Assembly: GCA_023231475.1 (NCBI GenBank)
Contig: JALJEE010001228.1
Span: 62,001 to 121,312 of the forward strand
Source of the DNA: Seison nebaliae
Taxonomy: Eukaryota
DNA length: 59,312 nucleotides
Direction: 5' to 3'
How positions within the stretch are numbered: the stretch's first letter is position 1; each line of letters starts with the position of its first letter. Below, one piece after another: positions 54,965-59,312 of the stretch. The translations under genes and the position numbers were made by a program. The notes beneath the pieces were generated by a model. That model had not been told where the DNA came from and ran no database searches. It was given only the letters and a program-made list of their open reading frames with translations.

Positions 54965-55067
54965 CGCAGTGGACAGGATTCGAACCTGTGCGGGAAGATC
55001 CCAACTGATCACTAGCATTATGCTTAGAATTTCTAGTCAGTCGCCTTAACCACTCGGCCACCACTGC
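54965..55067 (-). tRNA. tRNA-Ser-AGA: tRNA-Ser(AGA) with 21-nt intron, copy 2
   Basis: Identical to copy 1 except the first intron base; offset 322 bp. Confidence 0.93.
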
Positions 55068-55169
55068 ATGGTAATTGGTATTAAAACTAGTATTTTAATT
55101 AACACACATTTAATCAACTATAATAACTAATAAACACATTTAGATGTTATTAATAATAACATCATCGAC

Positions 55170-55706
55170 ATAAACGGAGAGAAAACATATAATAACGATT
55201 ACGAACGATTAATTGCTCTATTAATCAGTCTAAAATTATATACCCTAAGTCTGGTGGAAGAACCATTGTTCATCAAATACAGTGAAAAATTAAATCCAAA
55301 ATTCAAAGTTCAATCCAGGAGGAAAATAGTCGATGTTTGGATACCTAAGTTCAGAGAGGAATTGGAACAGCACCTTTTAGAGAGGTTGATGAATAAATTC
55401 TTCTCCATAACTTCTGATTGTTGGAGTCAGGGGAAAGATCGGTTTATCAGTGTTACGGTCAGGTTCGTTGAAGATTTCAAACTTGTCAAATTTTGTTTAA
55501 CAATGATGCCATTCAACATTGAACATTCGTCAACAAATATCCGTCAAATAATTCTGGAATATCTGGCATGCAAGCAAGTAAATCTTGATTATTTGATGAA
55601 TGTATGCACTGATGGAGCGGCTAATATGGTTAGGGCGTTCTCCAATTTCCGCCATACAAAATGCATCTTGCATACTGCCAATTTATTATTTAAGGTTGCA
55701 TTTTAG
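55170..55706 (+). mobile_element. hAT-family transposase fragment
   Basis: P.SLVEEP.F, SRR, FSITSDCWS, FISVT, EHSSTNI, TDGAANM, CILHTANL. Truncated right after the CxxH motif. Confidence 0.85.
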
Positions 55707-56154
55707 TTATTTTACGTAAAGTTAAACGTGGATTCAACGTAACATTAACTTATTTTACAACGTTACTGTTTATCAAATTTTGTATGCTAGGGTATCTTCA
55801 TAAATGAAATTTTTACTTATAAAAATGGTTGAATATAAAAATTTGATATTTTTAAAATAAGCAATTCTTAGAACAAGCAAGAAGTTAAAGTTGGACGCGG
55901 AACTAATTATCAGTCTCCACGTTAGCTGACTCACCAGGAAAGTTACTACCGAACTAAGGAACAATCAGGAGGAGTATGAGAGTGGAAAAGAATAACTCAA
56001 AAAAATAAAGAACTATTCAATTCTTCTAGTGACCATTCTAGTAACACCAAACATTCATACAATTTCACTATAGTGGAATTTTATGGATTGTAATTATTCT
56101 GCCCGAAAATGTTACGATTACGAGAATGTAAGATGAAAATTTATCAACAACGTA

Positions 56155-56905
56155 ATGGTTGTATCGGATCGCAACACAAACGATCGAAGTTGCACTTCAA
56201 CCGCATTCCGATGCCCGGATAAATGTTACGTATGGGATTATACAGATGGCAGGATAAATCACAGAAAATCGATGATGGTGTGGGCATGTTTTTCGGCCAA
56301 AGGTGTTGGTCCCATAGTTCGGGTTTCAGGGAGGGAAACAAGTGTTTCTTATATTAAGATGTTAAAGAAACATCTTATTAAATATACAAATGCAGAATTT
56401 CCTAGGGGATTTGTTTTCCAACAGGACAATGCATCGATTCATCGAAGCAAATATGCAACTAAGGAATTAGAGAAGGAGAATTTGTCCCTGTTAGAGCATC
56501 CAGCGAGATCGCCCGAGCTGAATCCCATCAAGATCTTATGGGGAATATTATCCAGAAGAGTTTATGGAGGACAGGAAGCTTTCCATACGGAAGACCAATT
56601 GTGGGGGATGATTGAAGACCTATGGACGAAAATAGAACCGAATATCTGCGAGAATTTAATTAATTCAATGCTGAACCGGTACATGGATGTCCTAAAACAA
56701 AAGGGCAAATGGACAAAATATTAAATTTTTTAATCCAAATAAAATTTAACAGTTTTGATTTTTTTTCCTTAAAGTGTCCGAGAATCAATCAGACACTGAA
56801 TTTTCAAAAAACCCAAATAATTTTGGGTAAAATTCATCTTTGAGAAAAGTTATTTTGTGAATTTTTTAGTTCATCTATTATCAATCAAACTGCATAAATA
56901 CTGTA
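56155..56905 (+). mobile_element. Tc1 (DD34E) transposase 3' fragment with probable right end; inactive
   Basis: MVWACFS, FQQDNASIH, SPELNPIKILW (catalytic Glu replaced by Lys, 34 residues between it and the Asp), G.WTKY*. Possible ACTG|TA end at 56900-56905. Confidence 0.85.
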
Positions 56906-57315
56906 CTAATAACTGTATATGGAGTGGATGGTGTACCAAATAACATAAATATATGTCGATTGAAACGATGGAATTAAGATTTGAAAAAAAATAGAAAATA
57001 TAAGACGAATAAAACAACAAAACAAATTATGTCTGCTCAGAAGCGAAACCGATGAAATACTGCAAGGAAGGTTATGGAAATTTCCAATACCAAAAATACG
57101 GATCATCGACATTACGGAAGAAGTGAAACAGAAGGAGAATGATGGGGAAGGTCAACAAATGACAACCACGAATGAAGATTGAGAAAACAGAGACGAAATG
57201 GCTCCGAGCGAAAGAGAGAGTTTCGCAACAAATGGACGATGAAGAAAGTGCAAATGGGATAAAGAATATCCTTGTATTCGTTACACATAATATCTTTTTA
57301 TTAGTCGTCATCGTA

Positions 57316-57386
57316 GCACTGATGGTTCAGTGGTAGAATGCTCGCCTGCCACGCGGGCGGCCCGGGTTCGATTCCCGGTCAGTGCA
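57316..57386 (+). tRNA. tRNA-Gly-GCC: tRNA-Gly(GCC)
   Basis: GCACTGATGGTTCAGTGGTAGAATGCTCGCCT GCC ACGCGGGCGGCCCGGGTTCGATTCCCGGTCAGTGCA; 71 nt, full cloverleaf. Confidence 0.97.
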
Positions 57387-57773
57387 AAATATTTTGCCAG
57401 TTAACAACCATTGATTTAATTAGTTGTTTTCATTAGGTGAATATGATTTTTATGTTCTATTTCAATTGTTATCGATATATCATAAATAACAGAAACGCCG
57501 ATTAATTACGCAATTCTATTCATAACAGAGTGCAATTCACTCAGTGATATTGCTTACCCGATTCATTACTAGAATATGAACACCATGAGATTCTCGATAG
57601 TATAACTCTTTTTCAGTTTTACTCTTTAAAGAATTAGTCATCAATTTTCACTGACATGATGAAAATTTTGTGAGTCTTAGAATTTCCGGAAAACGTTATC
57701 TTACACGTTTTTAAAATAAAAGGAGTAAAATAAGGAAAACGAAAACGAAGACAGATAATGATGAACAAAAATC

Positions 57774-57845
57774 AGGTCCTACCGAGATTCGAACTCGGGT
57801 CGCTGGATTCAAAGTCCAGAGTGCTCACCGCTACACCATAGAACC
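57774..57845 (-). tRNA. tRNA-Gln-TTG: tRNA-Gln(TTG)
   Basis: GGTTCTATGGTGTAGCGGTGAGCACTCTGGACT TTG AATCCAGCGACCCGAGTTCGAATCTCGGTAGGACCT; 72 nt. Confidence 0.97.
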
Positions 57846-58499
57846 ATCAGTTCTGTACCATTAATTCAGTTTTTATAAATTGTTTCATCTCTTTTGGTTT
57901 GATTTGTTTTATTGTAGACGAATTCGATCTTCATGAACTATCTACTCAGGAGATTCTACTGATTTTCCCTATTTGTTTATTTTTCTATACAAATATACAG
58001 TCAGAGAAACATAGATTCAAACTTCGTCTTGTGCTTAAATATGCATTTATTACTTAAAACTTTAACGTATTCTCAGTGAGATGTTTTAACTTGAATTTGG
58101 GAAAAATCGATTCCAAATCATATGTGTTTAACTATATGTCTAGGACTCAAACATTCGATGTTTCTCAAAAATATATAAATATATCAAACTTTATCATTTT
58201 GCATTAACTTAATCCAAAAAATTTTCAAATGAAATATAGTATGATGATACGACTCTTTTCTTGTTAGGTTAGTTATTGAATAAAAATAATGTTTGGATTA
58301 TTTTTGATAAATAATTACATTTTTAATAGAATAATTGAACACATATTGCGTATTAACTACGACAAAAAAATTGCTTAAAATTTTAATTATGAATTTATAA
58401 TATAATATGAATTATATGTTATAAGATGAATTTAATCGCTTGGAAAATTGGAAATTAATAAATATTCATAAAAAGAAATACGTTTGACTTGATTGTTCG

Positions 58500-59312
58500 T
58501 TATGGTTTCTCCCCAACTGGTAATAATTTGAGTTCCGAACGCGAACATAATTTCCCAGCACAACTTTTAGGTGAATATACTTCGAACTCATCTTTATCTT
58601 CATCCAGTATCAAATTCTCTGTGAGGTCTTTTGTTTTTGTTACTTCGATTAATGTATAATTTCCAGTGTCTAAATGTTTTTGAATTAATTTCTTTCTTCG
58701 AATAAATCTCACCAGTTTCATTACGAGGTATATTATCCAGAATGGTTTTGTTGTCATAAATGCAGCGGTGAATGGATAAATAAGACCTAATTCGGTTTCA
58801 GGTGGTTGAAATGAAAATTCAAAAAACATGACCACCATTCCCACATTTTGCATTCCCGCTTCAATTGCAATTGTTATTATGTTTCTTCTACTTGCTTGGC
58901 AGATAAAAGCAAATGTTCCTGCTAACAAATATCCGAGCCATGGTAGTAAAGCTCCAGTGAATAATAAAGTCCATGTCCATGTTTTGAACATTGGTAAATT
59001 GACCCACAGTCCGACGGATAAGAAGAACAATATGAAGAACAACAACATCGGCTTGATAACTTTCTCCATTTTTTTGGCAAATGACAATTTGTACTGACGA
59101 ATTATCATACCAAAAATTAGCGGACTTACAGCAAATAGTAGTTGGAAGAACATACTCAAATAGGGAATTTGAATATGAATTTTTTGTTCACGAAAAATGA
59201 CACTACCGATATACATCCAACATGGCATCATGACTGAAAAAGAATAAAATTATAAAATTATAAATTAATTTTAACATAAAGATGCGACGGATGATACAAA
59301 TGTCATAGTTGC
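58500..59312 (-). CDS. SLC10 sodium/bile-acid cotransporter family, 3' part (5' end outside window)
   Basis: ATMTFVSSVASL|FMMPCW, P.IFGM.IR, LPWLGYLLAG, TIAIEAGMQN, with multiple TM helices. Confidence 0.9.

Overview
AT-rich, gene-dense nuclear DNA from an animal with a compact genome. The standard genetic code is supported by conserved C-termini ending in TAA, TAG and TGA. The taxon cannot be fixed from this window; a small-bodied invertebrate such as a spiralian is only a guess. Most genes are split by tiny (~40-70 nt) GT-AG introns, so I rebuilt gene models by hand from the ORF fragments. Gene order: transposon relics; multi-exon coiled-coil gene; RPL18; PCMT1; LRP11-like; FoxF; ~11 kb gene-free tract; acetylcholinesterase; ankyrin gene; AGBL4/CCP6; small secreted protein; foldback MITE; headcase; WD40 gene; EVA-1-like receptor; POLR1D; group XII PLA2; unknown gene; NDUFS7; two intron-containing tRNA-Ser(AGA); hAT and Tc1 relics; tRNA-Gly; tRNA-Gln; partial SLC10. 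Most notable observations: (1) the cholinesterase has two alternative phase-matched 3' exons, a WAT/T-type tetramerisation tail and a GPI/H-type tail, in reverse order to vertebrate ACHE; (2) short introns mostly start with GTT rather than GTR; (3) tandem tRNA-Ser(AGA) genes carry a canonical 21-nt intron; (4) two convergent gene pairs have overlapping coding ends; (5) a stem-loop follows the headcase UAA. All splice models are manual predictions without transcript data.
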